DNA from: Saccharofermentans sp.
GTDB taxonomy: Bacteria > Bacillota > Clostridia > Saccharofermentanales > Saccharofermentanaceae
Length of the DNA stretch: 64,000 nucleotides
NCBI GenBank assembly: GCA_024403795.1
Contig: JAKSRD010000006.1
Coordinates: 12,589 to 76,588 of the forward strand
Reading direction: 5' to 3'
Under the pieces are notes generated by a model, which did no database searches, had not been told where the DNA came from, and worked only from the letters and a program-made list of their open reading frames with translations. Positions 9,659 to 19,500 of this stretch are shown piece after piece; the stretch's first letter is position 1, and each line of letters starts with the position of its first letter. The translations under genes and the position numbers were made by a program.

Positions 9659-10519
9659 ATGAGTATCGAACATCAGACAATAGACTTTGTAAAAATGCAG
9701 GGTGCGGGCAACGATTATGTTTACATTAACTGCATGGAGAAGATGATACCTTCACCGGAAGCGTTTGCGATCCGCGTAAGTGACAGACATTACGGTATTG
9801 GCAGTGACGGATTGATCCTGGTAGCACCATCAAGTGTTGCTGATTGTCGTATGATCATGTTCAATCTTGACGGTTCGGAAGGAAAGATGTGCGGTAACGG
9901 GATCAGATGTGTTGCGAAGTTTATGCATGATGAGATCGGTTGCGAGAAGAATCCGCTCACGATCGAGACAAAGAGCGGGATCAAGACGGTAGAGCTTTTT
10001 ATTTCCGAAGAAGGTATTGCAACAAAAGCCAGAGTTAACATGGGAAAGGCCGAGCTTTATCCGCCCAGGATCCCCGCTAATCTTCCGGGAGAAACCGTGA
10101 TCAATACGCCTATCGAGATCGGAGGAAACATCTATAACGTTACCCTTGTATCCATGGGCAATCCTCATGCCGTTGTATTTGTTGATTCAGTTGACAGCGT
10201 CAACCTTGAAGAGATAGGACCTAAGTTTGAGCATGCAGTTGAGTTGTTTCCTGAGAGTGTAAATACCGAGTTTGTCGAGATAATCGACGGACAGAATCTC
10301 AGGATGAGAGTATGGGAGAGAGGCTCCGGCGAGACAATGGCTTGCGGAACGGGAACCTGTGCAACGGTAGTGGCTGCTTGCGAGAACGGCTTCTGCAAAA
10401 AGGGCGAGGACATAAGGGTAATCGTCAACGGCGGTGAACTTAACATTAACTATACTGATGATTGTGTTCTTATGACCGGAGATTGTGTTAAAGTCTTTGA
10501 AGGAAAATTGGAAGTCTGA
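9659..10519 (+). CDS. dapF: Diaminopimelate epimerase
   Basis: MQGAGNDY, MCGNGIRC, GNPH, ERGSGETMACGTG; ATG 9659 follows a GGGAG SD (9644 is the alternative start). Confidence 0.93.
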   Translation: MSIEHQTIDFVKMQGAGNDYVYINCMEKMIPSPEAFAIRVSDRHYGIGSDGLILVAPSSVADCRMIMFNLDGSEGKMCGNGIRCVAKFMHDEIGCEKNPLTIETKSGIKTVELFISEEGIATKARVNMGKAELYPPRIPANLPGETVINTPIEIGGNIYNVTLVSMGNPHAVVFVDSVDSVNLEEIGPKFEHAVELFPESVNTEFVEIIDGQNLRMRVWERGSGETMACGTGTCATVVAACENGFCKKGEDIRVIVNGGELNINYTDDCVLMTGDCVKVFEGKLEV

Positions 10520-11181
10520 TGATTACTTCTGACAGAAAATTTGCAGCTGCAATATTTGATATGGACGGTCTGATCCTCGATTCGGAACTGACCGTTCTTC
10601 ATTGTTGGGAGAAGGTTGCGGAAAGGCATGGCCTTCCCGATATTCTTCCTTTTGCCGTAAGTGTTATCGGTAAGAATAAGAAGGCGACTCTTGCTGAATT
10701 TACCAGAGTATATGATCTTCCCGCCGAAAGTTACGAGAGGGAAGTAAGAGCTATTTATAATGAGCTCGCTTCGAGAGGCGAAGTCCCGTTGAAGCAGCAT
10801 ACGCTTGAACTCTTAAGGGCTATGAAAGAGGCCGGAATGAAGACTGCAATCGCATCTTCTTCGCTCCGTTCGGAGGTCGAGCCTCAGATGACCAAGCTTG
10901 GTGCCGCTCCGTATTTTGATGTTATGGTATGCGGTGATCAGGTCACCAAGTCGAAGCCCGATCCCGAGATATTTCTCATGGCATGTGATGCCCTGGGTGT
11001 AATTCCGTCCGAATCGCTCGGATTAGAGGATTCATTTAACGGCGTAAGAGCCTGCAAGGCATCAGGACTTTATACCATCATGGTTCCGGATATCATTCAG
11101 CCTGATGATGAGATGAAAGGACTTGCAGATATCATCCTGCCTTCTTTGACTGAAGTTCAGGCCTTTTTGAATCTCAAGTAA
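10519..11181 (+). CDS. HAD-superfamily phosphatase
   Basis: FDMDG motif I, ASSS, KPDPEIF, EDSFNG. Confidence 0.88.
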   Translation: MITSDRKFAAAIFDMDGLILDSELTVLHCWEKVAERHGLPDILPFAVSVIGKNKKATLAEFTRVYDLPAESYEREVRAIYNELASRGEVPLKQHTLELLRAMKEAGMKTAIASSSLRSEVEPQMTKLGAAPYFDVMVCGDQVTKSKPDPEIFLMACDALGVIPSESLGLEDSFNGVRACKASGLYTIMVPDIIQPDDEMKGLADIILPSLTEVQAFLNLK

Positions 11182-12086
11182 TTATTGTTATAAAGATAAT
11201 TCAGTATTGACGCTCCGATGATTATCACATATCCGATAATGCTGAGGAGATCGGGGAGTTCTCCGAGAAATACCATTCCGAGAAGTGCGGCAAAGATTAC
11301 CGTGGAATAGTCATAGATCGATATCTCTTTGGCAGGACATGCTGAATAAGCGGATGTGATGAATACCTGACCGAAGCAAGCAGCGACGCCCGTAAGGATA
11401 CAAAAAAGAAGCTGTGTTCCGGAAATAGGTTCATATGTTGCAATGACAAAAGGGATCAGCGCTATGCAGGAGAAAAGTGAGAAGAATGCCACGACGATAA
11501 TGCTTCTCTCTCCCTTAAGCGTAACTTTGCGAAGGAATGCATAAGCGATCCCGGCGCAGATTCCGCCGATAAGACCTACGAGTGCAGGGAAGATCGATGT
11601 GGTGTCGATTCCTATGTATGAGAAGATAAAACTAGGTTTTACGACAAATATCGCGCCGACTATTGCGGTTAATATGGCGGCCCACTGAAAGCGGTCTGCA
11701 GTCTCTTTTAGAATGATTATCGAAGTAAGAACAGCAAAGAACGGTGACAGCTTATTCAAGATCATGGCATCGGAGATATTGATGTGTGAGATCGCGTAGA
11801 AGTTGCAGATGATGCCGATGGTGCCGAATGAAGCACGCATGATGAGTCCGAACCATGAACTCTTTTTGACTTTGAATTTCTCAGGTGATCTGGCGAGAAG
11901 AATGACTGACAATAACATAGCGACAAGGTTTCTGAAGAAAGCTTTCATGAATATCGGCATGTCTCCCGCAAGATTAATGAACAGTGCCATTAAAGCAAAC
12001 GAGAAAGAAGATATCAGAAGGTATACTATACCTCGTTTACGTGGTGATAATCTGTCGAGAATCTTCAGCGTCATAGTGTGTCCCAT
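11157..12086 (-). CDS. DMT/EamA family transporter
   Basis: About 10 TM segments in two repeats; FFRNL, LSPFF..ILKE, LGELPD; start could be a downstream ATG. Confidence 0.85.
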   Translation of the reverse strand: MGHTMTLKILDRLSPRKRGIVYLLISSFSFALMALFINLAGDMPIFMKAFFRNLVAMLLSVILLARSPEKFKVKKSSWFGLIMRASFGTIGIICNFYAISHINISDAMILNKLSPFFAVLTSIIILKETADRFQWAAILTAIVGAIFVVKPSFIFSYIGIDTTSIFPALVGLIGGICAGIAYAFLRKVTLKGERSIIVVAFFSLFSCIALIPFVIATYEPISGTQLLFCILTGVAACFGQVFITSAYSACPAKEISIYDYSTVIFAALLGMVFLGELPDLLSIIGYVIIIGASILNYLYNNNYLRFKKA

Positions 12087-12158
12087 TCTTTCTTTGGCAA
12101 ATAAAATATATCACGCTTGGCAATGTGTCAATTTAAATTTACTTGTACAAAACATAGA

Positions 12159-12187
12159 TTGACACAAAGAACAGCACCCAATAGAAT
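12159..12187 (+). promoter_or_regulatory. sigmaA-type promoter for the oxidoreductase operon
   Basis: TTGACA-17bp-TAGAAT; a divergent TTGACA (12131-12126, minus strand) probably serves the EamA gene. Confidence 0.65.
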
Positions 12188-12225
12188 GATTGAATTGTAT
12201 AAAAATGCAAAAAGAGGTCGAAAAT

Positions 12226-13185
12226 ATGCTCAAATTAGGCATTCTCGGTTGCGGAGTCATCGCGGCAAAAGTCGCGGAGAGCCTGAGGGATAACAAGAAA
12301 GTAGTTATTGCCGGTGTGGCATCCAGAGAAAGAAATAAAGCGAAGAAGTTTGCGCAGGAGCATTGTCCCGATGCGAAGATCTTCGGAGGCTATGAGAAGC
12401 TTGCTTCTTCAGATGAGATCGACCTTATCTATATTGCCACTCCCAATACTTACCATTACGAACACGCGATCATGTGCATTAAGGAATATAAGAGTATTCT
12501 TATCGAGAAGCCTTTTGCGATGAGCAAAGCAGAGGCGGACAGCATATTCTTCGAAGCGAAGAACAGAGGAGTGTTTGTTGCGGAAGCAATGTGGACGTCG
12601 TATCTTCCGCTCCACAAGAAGGTTCTTGAATGGATATCTGCGGGCAAGATCGGCGGTGTTAGATATGTAACTGCGAATCTCGGATATGATATCGAGAATG
12701 TCCCCAGACTCGGAAGTTTTGCATTAGGCGGAGGAAGTTATCTGGATCTTGGTGTGTATACCACCAATCTTGCACTTTCATTTATGGGCAATGACATTAA
12801 GGTGTCCATAGTTTACGGAAGAATGACTTCTGCAGGAATTGACAGGGATACGACATATATCATGGAATCTGATGACGGAAGCATACTCGGTAATTTTTAT
12901 GTCACGATGTGTGCAAATACCGACAGAGACGGAGTGATCATCGGTGAGAAGGGGCGTATCAAGCTTATTGATATCAACAACTACCGTAAGGTGATACTCT
13001 GTGCCCAGGATGGCTCAGTTGTTGAGGAAGCAGAAGCCGAGGACGACTATCTTCACGGATATACATATGAATTCGAAGCATGTGCAGATGCTATTAAAAA
13101 GGGACTTATCCAGGTTCCTGATATGCCTTGGAGCAGAACGGTCAGAATTGCTCAGATAAGCGATACTGTCCGTTCGATGATGTGA
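12226..13185 (+). CDS. Gfo/Idh/MocA family oxidoreductase
   Basis: GILGCGVIA, YIATP..H, EKPF, EAMW, LDLGVY; start placed at the ATG after the GAGG SD. Confidence 0.88.
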   Translation: MLKLGILGCGVIAAKVAESLRDNKKVVIAGVASRERNKAKKFAQEHCPDAKIFGGYEKLASSDEIDLIYIATPNTYHYEHAIMCIKEYKSILIEKPFAMSKAEADSIFFEAKNRGVFVAEAMWTSYLPLHKKVLEWISAGKIGGVRYVTANLGYDIENVPRLGSFALGGGSYLDLGVYTTNLALSFMGNDIKVSIVYGRMTSAGIDRDTTYIMESDDGSILGNFYVTMCANTDRDGVIIGEKGRIKLIDINNYRKVILCAQDGSVVEEAEAEDDYLHGYTYEFEACADAIKKGLIQVPDMPWSRTVRIAQISDTVRSMM

Positions 13186-13187
13186 AC

Positions 13188-13724
13188 ATGACTGATATTA
13201 ATTCTAATCGTACAAAAAACAGAAGACGTATAAAGCTTATAGTTTTCAACGGCATTGTTGCGGCGTTGTATGTTGTCTTCACGGCACCTTTTGCAAACAT
13301 TGCGTTCGGACCGATCCAGGTGAGGATCGCCGAAGTAATGACTTTGTTCCCGATCTATTCAGCCGGCATGATCCCCGGTGTTGTTCTGGGATGCTTTATC
13401 TCTAATCTGATCAACCCCGGTAATCTCGGGCCGATAGATATTATCGGCGGAACGCTGGCTACGCTTATAGCGGGAATATTGTCATATCTGATCGGAAAGA
13501 AAAATCGGTGGTTCGGTATTATACCTCCCGTCGTAATTAACGGTATAATTGTCGGGGGATATCTACCTTTTGTTCTGGTTGACGGCACCAGCTCGGTCAC
13601 GATCCCGTCTGTGCTTATCAGCATGCTGTCTGTTGCCGGAAGTGAAGCAACGATATTAATAGTATTAGGAATTCCGCTTATAGCGGTTATGGAGAGAACA
13701 GGATTAAAGAGCAAATTGCCATGA
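13188..13724 (+). CDS. queT: QueT family transporter
   Basis: VAALYVV.T, FGPIQVRIAE, GCFISN, DIIGGTLAT; start placed at ATG 13188. Confidence 0.8.
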   Translation: MTDINSNRTKNRRRIKLIVFNGIVAALYVVFTAPFANIAFGPIQVRIAEVMTLFPIYSAGMIPGVVLGCFISNLINPGNLGPIDIIGGTLATLIAGILSYLIGKKNRWFGIIPPVVINGIIVGGYLPFVLVDGTSSVTIPSVLISMLSVAGSEATILIVLGIPLIAVMERTGLKSKLP

Positions 13725-14332
13725 CACAGTATTTTGACCCGAATCCGTTGACACCGTCTGATCGTAAGACGATCCCTTACAGAGCCAACGGCATTAATTT
13801 TGAATTTTATACAGACACGGCAGTGTTCTCGCGTAATGAAGTCGACTTCGGTACGAACCTTCTTATCGAGACACTCATTAAGGACATTAAGTCTCGCGGC
13901 CCGAAGATGGAACGATTTGTAGATCTCGGTTGCGGCGTCGGTGTTGTCGGAATCGTGATCAAGTCGTGCTTTATGGCCTTTGATGTTACGGGCGTAGACA
14001 TTAACTCGCGAGCCGTTGCACTTGCCCGTGAGAACTCCATCAACAACGGTGTAAACTGCAGATTTATGTCGAGTGATGTCATGTTCGCATTAAGAGACGA
14101 GCATTTTGACATTATCGCCACCAATCCGCCCGTCAGAGCAGGAAAGAAAACTGTTTTCGAGTTCTACGAACAGGCATATGAACGCCTTATTCCCGACGGA
14201 TATCTATATGTTGTCCTTCAGCGCAAACAGGGCGCACCTTCAACGATGGAGAAGCTTAAGGAACTCTTCGGTAATTGTGAGACCTTGTCGATCGACGGCG
14301 GTTACAGAGTAATGAGGGCTAAGAAAGTATGA
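13721..14332 (+). CDS. Class I SAM-dependent methyltransferase (RsmC/YbxB-like)
   Basis: VFSRNEVDFGT, DLGCGVG, TNPPVRAGK, KQGAPS. Confidence 0.85.
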   Translation: MTQYFDPNPLTPSDRKTIPYRANGINFEFYTDTAVFSRNEVDFGTNLLIETLIKDIKSRGPKMERFVDLGCGVGVVGIVIKSCFMAFDVTGVDINSRAVALARENSINNGVNCRFMSSDVMFALRDEHFDIIATNPPVRAGKKTVFEFYEQAYERLIPDGYLYVVLQRKQGAPSTMEKLKELFGNCETLSIDGGYRVMRAKKV

Positions 14333-15300
14333 TCCTCCCTTATCCTTTTGCTGATTCCTATATGATGTTCTTCATATATAGCTTCATTGGCTGGATCATT
14401 GAAGTCATTTATTATGGGATCACGGAAGGAAAATTCATCAACAGAGGATTTCTGGCAGGACCGTTGTGCCCGGTATACGGCATCGGTTTTTATGCGGCGA
14501 TATGGTTTTTCGAGCCGTTCAAGGATAACTTCTTTATAATCTTTTTCGGTATGGCGGCAGCTTGTACAATAGTCGAGCTTTTTGCGGGAATGATCCTGTA
14601 TCATGCTTTCCACATGCGTTGGTGGGATTACTCGGATTACAAATTGAATTTCAAAGGCTATATCTGCCTGAGATTTTTCCTCTATTGGGGCATAGCAGCT
14701 TCACTCGGCATATATGCGCTTCATCCTTGTGTTAAGTGGTCGATCGAACACATGCCGAAGACTGTAAGAATGGTTGTGCTGATCGTCTTTACGGTCATTC
14801 TGATAGTCGATCTTATTACAACGATAATTACCATCATCGGATTCAAGAAGAAGTTCAGAGCGATGGAGAAGGTTGTTACCGGTGTTAAAGGCGTATCAGA
14901 CATGATAGGTTCCGGAATCTTCGGTGCTGTCGATACCATAGTTACGGTAAGTGAACCCACGAGAAATCACTACGAGCAATACCGTAAACTGATCGATGAC
15001 AATCGTCGCGAAGAGAGGGAACTTGCCGCGCAGCACAGAGCCGAAGAGAAAGCTTTTGCAAATCAGTTTACGGAGATAGAGAAAGCCAGTATTAAGCTTG
15101 CCAAGAATCAGGCTTCAAATGCCGTCGGTAATGTTATGAGATCTTTCAAGAAGAATGAGCAGCGATTGGTCAGTGCGGTAGTTGTCAGATCAACTGATGC
15201 CGGCGCTGCTGTAATGAGGTTCATAAAGAACAGGATCTCCGATGATGACAACGACCTCTTCGACATCGAAGAGGAAGAGTCAGTGTCAAAGTCAAATTGA
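14329..15300 (+). CDS. Putative ABC transporter permease (CmpB-like membrane protein) with C-terminal coiled region
   Basis: YSFIGWIIEV, NRGFL.GP.CPVYG, RWWDYS...NF.G.ICL. Confidence 0.75.
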   Translation: MILPYPFADSYMMFFIYSFIGWIIEVIYYGITEGKFINRGFLAGPLCPVYGIGFYAAIWFFEPFKDNFFIIFFGMAAACTIVELFAGMILYHAFHMRWWDYSDYKLNFKGYICLRFFLYWGIAASLGIYALHPCVKWSIEHMPKTVRMVVLIVFTVILIVDLITTIITIIGFKKKFRAMEKVVTGVKGVSDMIGSGIFGAVDTIVTVSEPTRNHYEQYRKLIDDNRREERELAAQHRAEEKAFANQFTEIEKASIKLAKNQASNAVGNVMRSFKKNEQRLVSAVVVRSTDAGAAVMRFIKNRISDDDNDLFDIEEEESVSKSN

Positions 15301-15357
15301 AAAAGCTTTAGGCTTTACTTATAATAAACGCGTTTGAAATTTAAGGAGGACATAATA

Positions 15358-16206
15358 ATGTCATCAGCGTGTGATACATGTCCGTCTAAGGACGGATGCA
15401 CATCCCAGGATACTTGCCCCTCTGCCAACGGACCTGCAAAGGATCCCCTCGCAGCCGGTTCTTCGGTAAAGACCGTTATCGGTGTGGCTAGCGGCAAGGG
15501 TGGTGTAGGCAAATCATTTGTAACATCGGTATTGGCTGTTCAGCTTGCTCGAAAAGGATACAAGGTCGGTATCATCGACGCCGATATCACAGGTCCCTCC
15601 ATTCCGCAAGCTTTTGGACTTGAAGATAATCTTCTGGCGAATGACGAACAGATGATAATGCCTGCCGAGACTTCCAAGGGTATAAAAGCAGTAAGCGTAA
15701 ATCTTGTTCTTGAGGATAAGGAAGCTCCGGTTATCTGGAGAGGTCCTGTTCTTAATTCTCTCGTTAAACAATTCTGGGGACAGGTCAATTGGGGCCCTCT
15801 CGATGTTTTGCTTATCGACATGCCGCCGGGAACCGGTGATGTCCCGCTTACGGTATTCCAGTCAATTCCTTTGGATGGAATCGTGCTTGTTGCAACCAGC
15901 CAGGATCTTGTATCCATGATCGTTAACAAGGCACGCAATATGGCTTCGATGATGAAGGTTCCCGTGCTCGGAATGGTCGAGAACATGAGCTTCATCAAAT
16001 GCCCTCATTGCGGTGATGAGATCAGGCTCTATGGCGACGGTTCTTCTATTGAGAAGTCAGCTGCCGAAATCGGTTCAAAAGTTACCGATAAGCTTCCTCT
16101 TGATCCGGAAGTAACAAAGATCGTCGATGCCGGAAAGGTTGAAGAAGTTCCTGAAGATCTTCTCTCAGGTACTGCCGATATGGTCATCGGGATGTTGAAC
16201 AAGTGA
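15358..16206 (+). CDS. Mrp/NBP35 (ApbC) Fe-S cluster carrier ATPase
   Basis: SGKGGVGKS, DADITGPS, WRGP, DMPPGTGD, ENMS..CPHC; Cys-rich N-terminus; SD AGGAGG. Confidence 0.92.
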   Translation: MSSACDTCPSKDGCTSQDTCPSANGPAKDPLAAGSSVKTVIGVASGKGGVGKSFVTSVLAVQLARKGYKVGIIDADITGPSIPQAFGLEDNLLANDEQMIMPAETSKGIKAVSVNLVLEDKEAPVIWRGPVLNSLVKQFWGQVNWGPLDVLLIDMPPGTGDVPLTVFQSIPLDGIVLVATSQDLVSMIVNKARNMASMMKVPVLGMVENMSFIKCPHCGDEIRLYGDGSSIEKSAAEIGSKVTDKLPLDPEVTKIVDAGKVEEVPEDLLSGTADMVIGMLNK

Positions 16207-16724
16207 TAAAGAAAATACTTTTATCGGCAATCGTTGTTGCCTTCGCCACATTGATCTTCTGTTCTTGTTCAAAGGATAAGTCCAATCCTTTGAATAAGTT
16301 TTTGGGAGACTATTCTTATACGGATCCTGCAGTGTGCATGGTCTATGAGCAGGTTGAAGGTGAGACCGATGAAGAGGGAAATCCGTGTTACGGCATTCAG
16401 TACCGTAAGATAACAGATCTTGACGGTATGCTTGCTTCCGGAAATACATTTCTGTTCTATTTCTACAGCTCGATGGATAACGGAAGCGCCGAAGTAACTG
16501 CTTCTGTTGAGGATCTGGCTCAGAAGTATAACGGAAAGCTTTATATACTGATGCTTGATGCAATGGAATATAAAGACAAGATGGAGAAGTATGATATCGA
16601 AGCCGTGCCGGATTTTGTCCTGGTAAGCCCCGGACATGCTGATCAGATCTTCGGTTCGGCTTCTTATGAATATTGGACACTCAATGATGTCATTGCGTGG
16701 CTTCAGACTAACGGCGTGGACTAA
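16203..16724 (+). CDS. Thioredoxin-fold lipoprotein lacking CxxC
   Basis: Signal peptide ending FCSC; EDLAQKYNGKL..LD...KYDIEAVP follows the Trx pattern. Confidence 0.55.
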   Translation: MIKKILLSAIVVAFATLIFCSCSKDKSNPLNKFLGDYSYTDPAVCMVYEQVEGETDEEGNPCYGIQYRKITDLDGMLASGNTFLFYFYSSMDNGSAEVTASVEDLAQKYNGKLYILMLDAMEYKDKMEKYDIEAVPDFVLVSPGHADQIFGSASYEYWTLNDVIAWLQTNGVD

Positions 16725-16729
16725 GGTGG

Positions 16730-17230
16730 TTGAATATGGGAAACATCGTATCTATCAGTACAATCGGACAGGATAGTCACAGATTAGGTGATGTTTGTGA
16801 CGGTACGACGATCAGACTCGGCGGAATCGATATTCCGTGCAACAGACCCATCGTTGCCAACAGCGACGGTGATGTTGTATTCCATGCGATTACAAATGCG
16901 ATCTCAGGCTACACCTGTGTTAACATCCTTGGCGGTGAAGCAGATAAGATCTGTCTTCAGCAGGGAATAAAAGACAGTTCGGTATATCTCAATAAAGCTC
17001 TCGAGTATCTGACGGATGCCAGGATCATTCATTGTTCGATTACCATTGAGTGCCTGAGACCTAAGCTGATGTCCCACATTCAGAGTATGAGAGAATCAAT
17101 CGGAAAGATCCTTGATATTCCTGCAGCATCTGTCGGGATCACGGCTACTACCGGCGAAGGCCTTACCGAGTTCGGACGAGGTGAAGGAATTCAGGTATTT
17201 GTTATTCTGACTCTTGCTAAGGAAATCTGA
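16730..17230 (+). CDS. ispF: 2-C-methyl-D-erythritol 2,4-cyclodiphosphate synthase (variant motifs)
   Basis: IGQDSH, LGGIDIP, SDGDVVFHA, ATTGEGL..GRGEGI. Confidence 0.8.
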   Translation: MNMGNIVSISTIGQDSHRLGDVCDGTTIRLGGIDIPCNRPIVANSDGDVVFHAITNAISGYTCVNILGGEADKICLQQGIKDSSVYLNKALEYLTDARIIHCSITIECLRPKLMSHIQSMRESIGKILDIPAASVGITATTGEGLTEFGRGEGIQVFVILTLAKEI

Positions 17231-17239
17231 TATCAGTTG

Positions 17240-17989
17240 TCAGTCGTGGAAGGGTTCACTCTCTCCACGTGATCTGACGATCTCTGATGCGATCGCGATA
17301 TCTTCCGGAGTGGTGATCTTCAGATTAGAGTAGCTTCCGGACGTAAGATAAACATCAAGACCATAGTCAGCGGCGAGCGCCGTATCATCGGTCGCAATGA
17401 CGCCTTCTGCCAAAGCTCTCTCATAACACATTTTTATATCCTTATATCTGAATCCCTGAGGGGTGAGGATCTCATAGAATCTCGATCTGTCAGGAGTAGC
17501 AGTTACCTTGACGTCACCTGACGGGAGAACTTCGACTTCCTTCAAAGTATTCTTGACTTGTACGGCTGATGCGCAGACATCATGATCTTTAAGTCCGTCA
17601 ATGCATGCCTTTACTTCTTCTGCAGTTACAAGGCAACGAGCTCCGTCGTGGACAAGAACAAGATCGTCATCACCTGCATCGGTGATCGCTTTGATCCCCA
17701 TTGCCACAGACTCTGTTCTGGATGCTCCTCCCAAAGTAAATATGAATACAATGTCGGGAAAGTATTCCGCACACATTGCTTTGAGCGTGTCTATGAGATC
17801 ACTTGTCGTAACGATAACGAATCTGTAGTCGAGTGAAGCGTATCTCATACGGCTTAATTCAGCCAGAGCGCCGAGTGTCCTCAATATGACGGGACTTCCT
17901 TCGACATTCCGCATTAACTTAGGCTGACCGGCGCCCATGCGCGTGCCGCTTCCGGCAGCCGGTATCAGGAAATAACATTTGTTGGTCAT
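17240..17989 (-). CDS. ispD: 2-C-methyl-D-erythritol 4-phosphate cytidylyltransferase
   Basis: PAAGSGTRMG, GGASRTESV, HDGARC, TPQGF, TDD, NLKITTPED; start at ATG 17989 after a GGAGGT SD. Confidence 0.88.
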   Translation of the reverse strand: MTNKCYFLIPAAGSGTRMGAGQPKLMRNVEGSPVILRTLGALAELSRMRYASLDYRFVIVTTSDLIDTLKAMCAEYFPDIVFIFTLGGASRTESVAMGIKAITDAGDDDLVLVHDGARCLVTAEEVKACIDGLKDHDVCASAVQVKNTLKEVEVLPSGDVKVTATPDRSRFYEILTPQGFRYKDIKMCYERALAEGVIATDDTALAADYGLDVYLTSGSYSNLKITTPEDIAIASEIVRSRGESEPFHD

Positions 17990-18009
17990 GGGTATACCTC
18001 CTCGGGCTG

Positions 18010-19428
18010 TTAAGAGAACAGGATGTCTACGGCTTCTTTGAGATTGTCCGCATATATGAATTCCGGTAACGACTTGGTCCCGAAAGCTTCCTGTGAGATA
18101 TTTGCAAGTTCCTTCTCCAGAGCTGCTTTGGAGCTTCCGGGAAGAACTACTGTGGTAATGCCGAGTCTTGCAGCAGACAGACATCTCTTCATGATCCTTG
18201 ATACGGGGCGTATCTCGCCGGAAAGACCGACTTCTCCCAATATCAGTGTATTAGGCTTGCAGCTTACTCCTCTGGCAGAAGAGACTGCCGCGATGCATAC
18301 GGCAAGATCAGTCGCGGGATCGCTTACCTTGAGACCTCCGATAACGTTAACGAAGCAATCCTTGGATGTGAGTCCCAAAGAAAGAAGTTTCTCACATACG
18401 GCCAAGAGCATAAGGACTCTTCCGCGTTCGGGGCCGGAAGTCATTCGCTGAGGATTTGCATAGACACTCTCGGTGCAAAGTGCCTGTACTTCTATGGTCA
18501 GGGAATCATTGCCTTCGAGGGTAGATGTGAGGACCGAACCAGGACTGTTGAGAGGCCTTCCCGCAACGAGCAGAGCTTTTGAACTGTCGACGGGAATCAG
18601 GCCTGATTCGCCCATCTCAAAGAAACAGAGTTCATTGGATCTGCCGAATCGGTTCTTGGTCGATCTGATTATCCTGTATCCGCCGGCAGTGTCACCTTCG
18701 AAGCTGAGCACCGTATCAACCATGTGCTCGATCGTCTTTGGTCCGGCAATGGAACCGTCTTTGGCGATGTGACCCACCATGATTATCGTGATGTTGTTAG
18801 TCTTGGCGATACGGATGATACCGGCGGCAACTTCGCGTATCTGAGCAACGCCGCCGGGTGTTCCGGCAACCTGTTCGGAATAAAGCGTTTGAATTGAATC
18901 GATGATGGCGAGGCAAGGCTTGTGAGTCTTGATCTGTTCGGCAATGGATTCAAATCTCGTCTCTCCGCAGATAAGGATGTCTCTCTTGATCTTAAGTCTC
19001 GATGCACGCATTCCTATCTGAGCCGGTGATTCCTCGCCGGAGATATAAAGCACTTCGCCTTCGGCTCCATATGAGTCGGCAAGCTGCATGAGAATGGTTG
19101 ACTTACCGATGCCGGGTTCGCCTGCAACCAATGTCACTGAACCTTCCGTGATCCCTCCTCCGAAGAGCTGATCGAGACTGTCGATTCCGGTAGAATGTCT
19201 TTTGTAATTCTCTCTGCCGGCATCCTTAAGCCTGACGGTAACGGCAGAGTCGGTCCATGAATACCGGTTGGCCGTAAATGCAGGCGAATCCGTCTTAGCC
19301 TTGGCAGGTTCCTTCTCGGAGGGGGCTTCGACAAATGTGTTGAACATGTTGCAAGCAGGGCATTTGCCCATCCAGCCTGAAGTCTCGTATCCGCATTCTT
19401 TACAGAAAAAAACTGTCTTTTTAGCCAT
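18010..19428 (-). CDS. radA: DNA repair protein RadA/Sms
   Basis: CKECG..W.GKCPAC zinc finger, GEPGIGKST, IDSIQT, KNRFG, GEVGLSGE. Confidence 0.95.
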   Translation of the reverse strand: MAKKTVFFCKECGYETSGWMGKCPACNMFNTFVEAPSEKEPAKAKTDSPAFTANRYSWTDSAVTVRLKDAGRENYKRHSTGIDSLDQLFGGGITEGSVTLVAGEPGIGKSTILMQLADSYGAEGEVLYISGEESPAQIGMRASRLKIKRDILICGETRFESIAEQIKTHKPCLAIIDSIQTLYSEQVAGTPGGVAQIREVAAGIIRIAKTNNITIIMVGHIAKDGSIAGPKTIEHMVDTVLSFEGDTAGGYRIIRSTKNRFGRSNELCFFEMGESGLIPVDSSKALLVAGRPLNSPGSVLTSTLEGNDSLTIEVQALCTESVYANPQRMTSGPERGRVLMLLAVCEKLLSLGLTSKDCFVNVIGGLKVSDPATDLAVCIAAVSSARGVSCKPNTLILGEVGLSGEIRPVSRIMKRCLSAARLGITTVVLPGSSKAALEKELANISQEAFGTKSLPEFIYADNLKEAVDILFS

Positions 19429-19500
19429 ATCCGTAACCATCCGAAAAAATGATAATTGAATGATAACACAGACCGAACTCGATTAATGGGACAATAAAAG

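Noticed and set aside
13128-13188. PreQ1 riboswitch ahead of queT
   Set aside because: queT starts 2 bp after the previous stop; there is no leader space and no motif
17990-18184. N-terminal extensions in the ORF track for ispD (also alaS 38072, regulator 61508, DUF1015 36791, queT 13128)
   Set aside because: Family homology begins at downstream starts, most with good SD sites; the extensions overlap other genes or promoters
19472-19486. CGAAC half-site upstream of radA as an SOS box
   Set aside because: The GTTC half is missing
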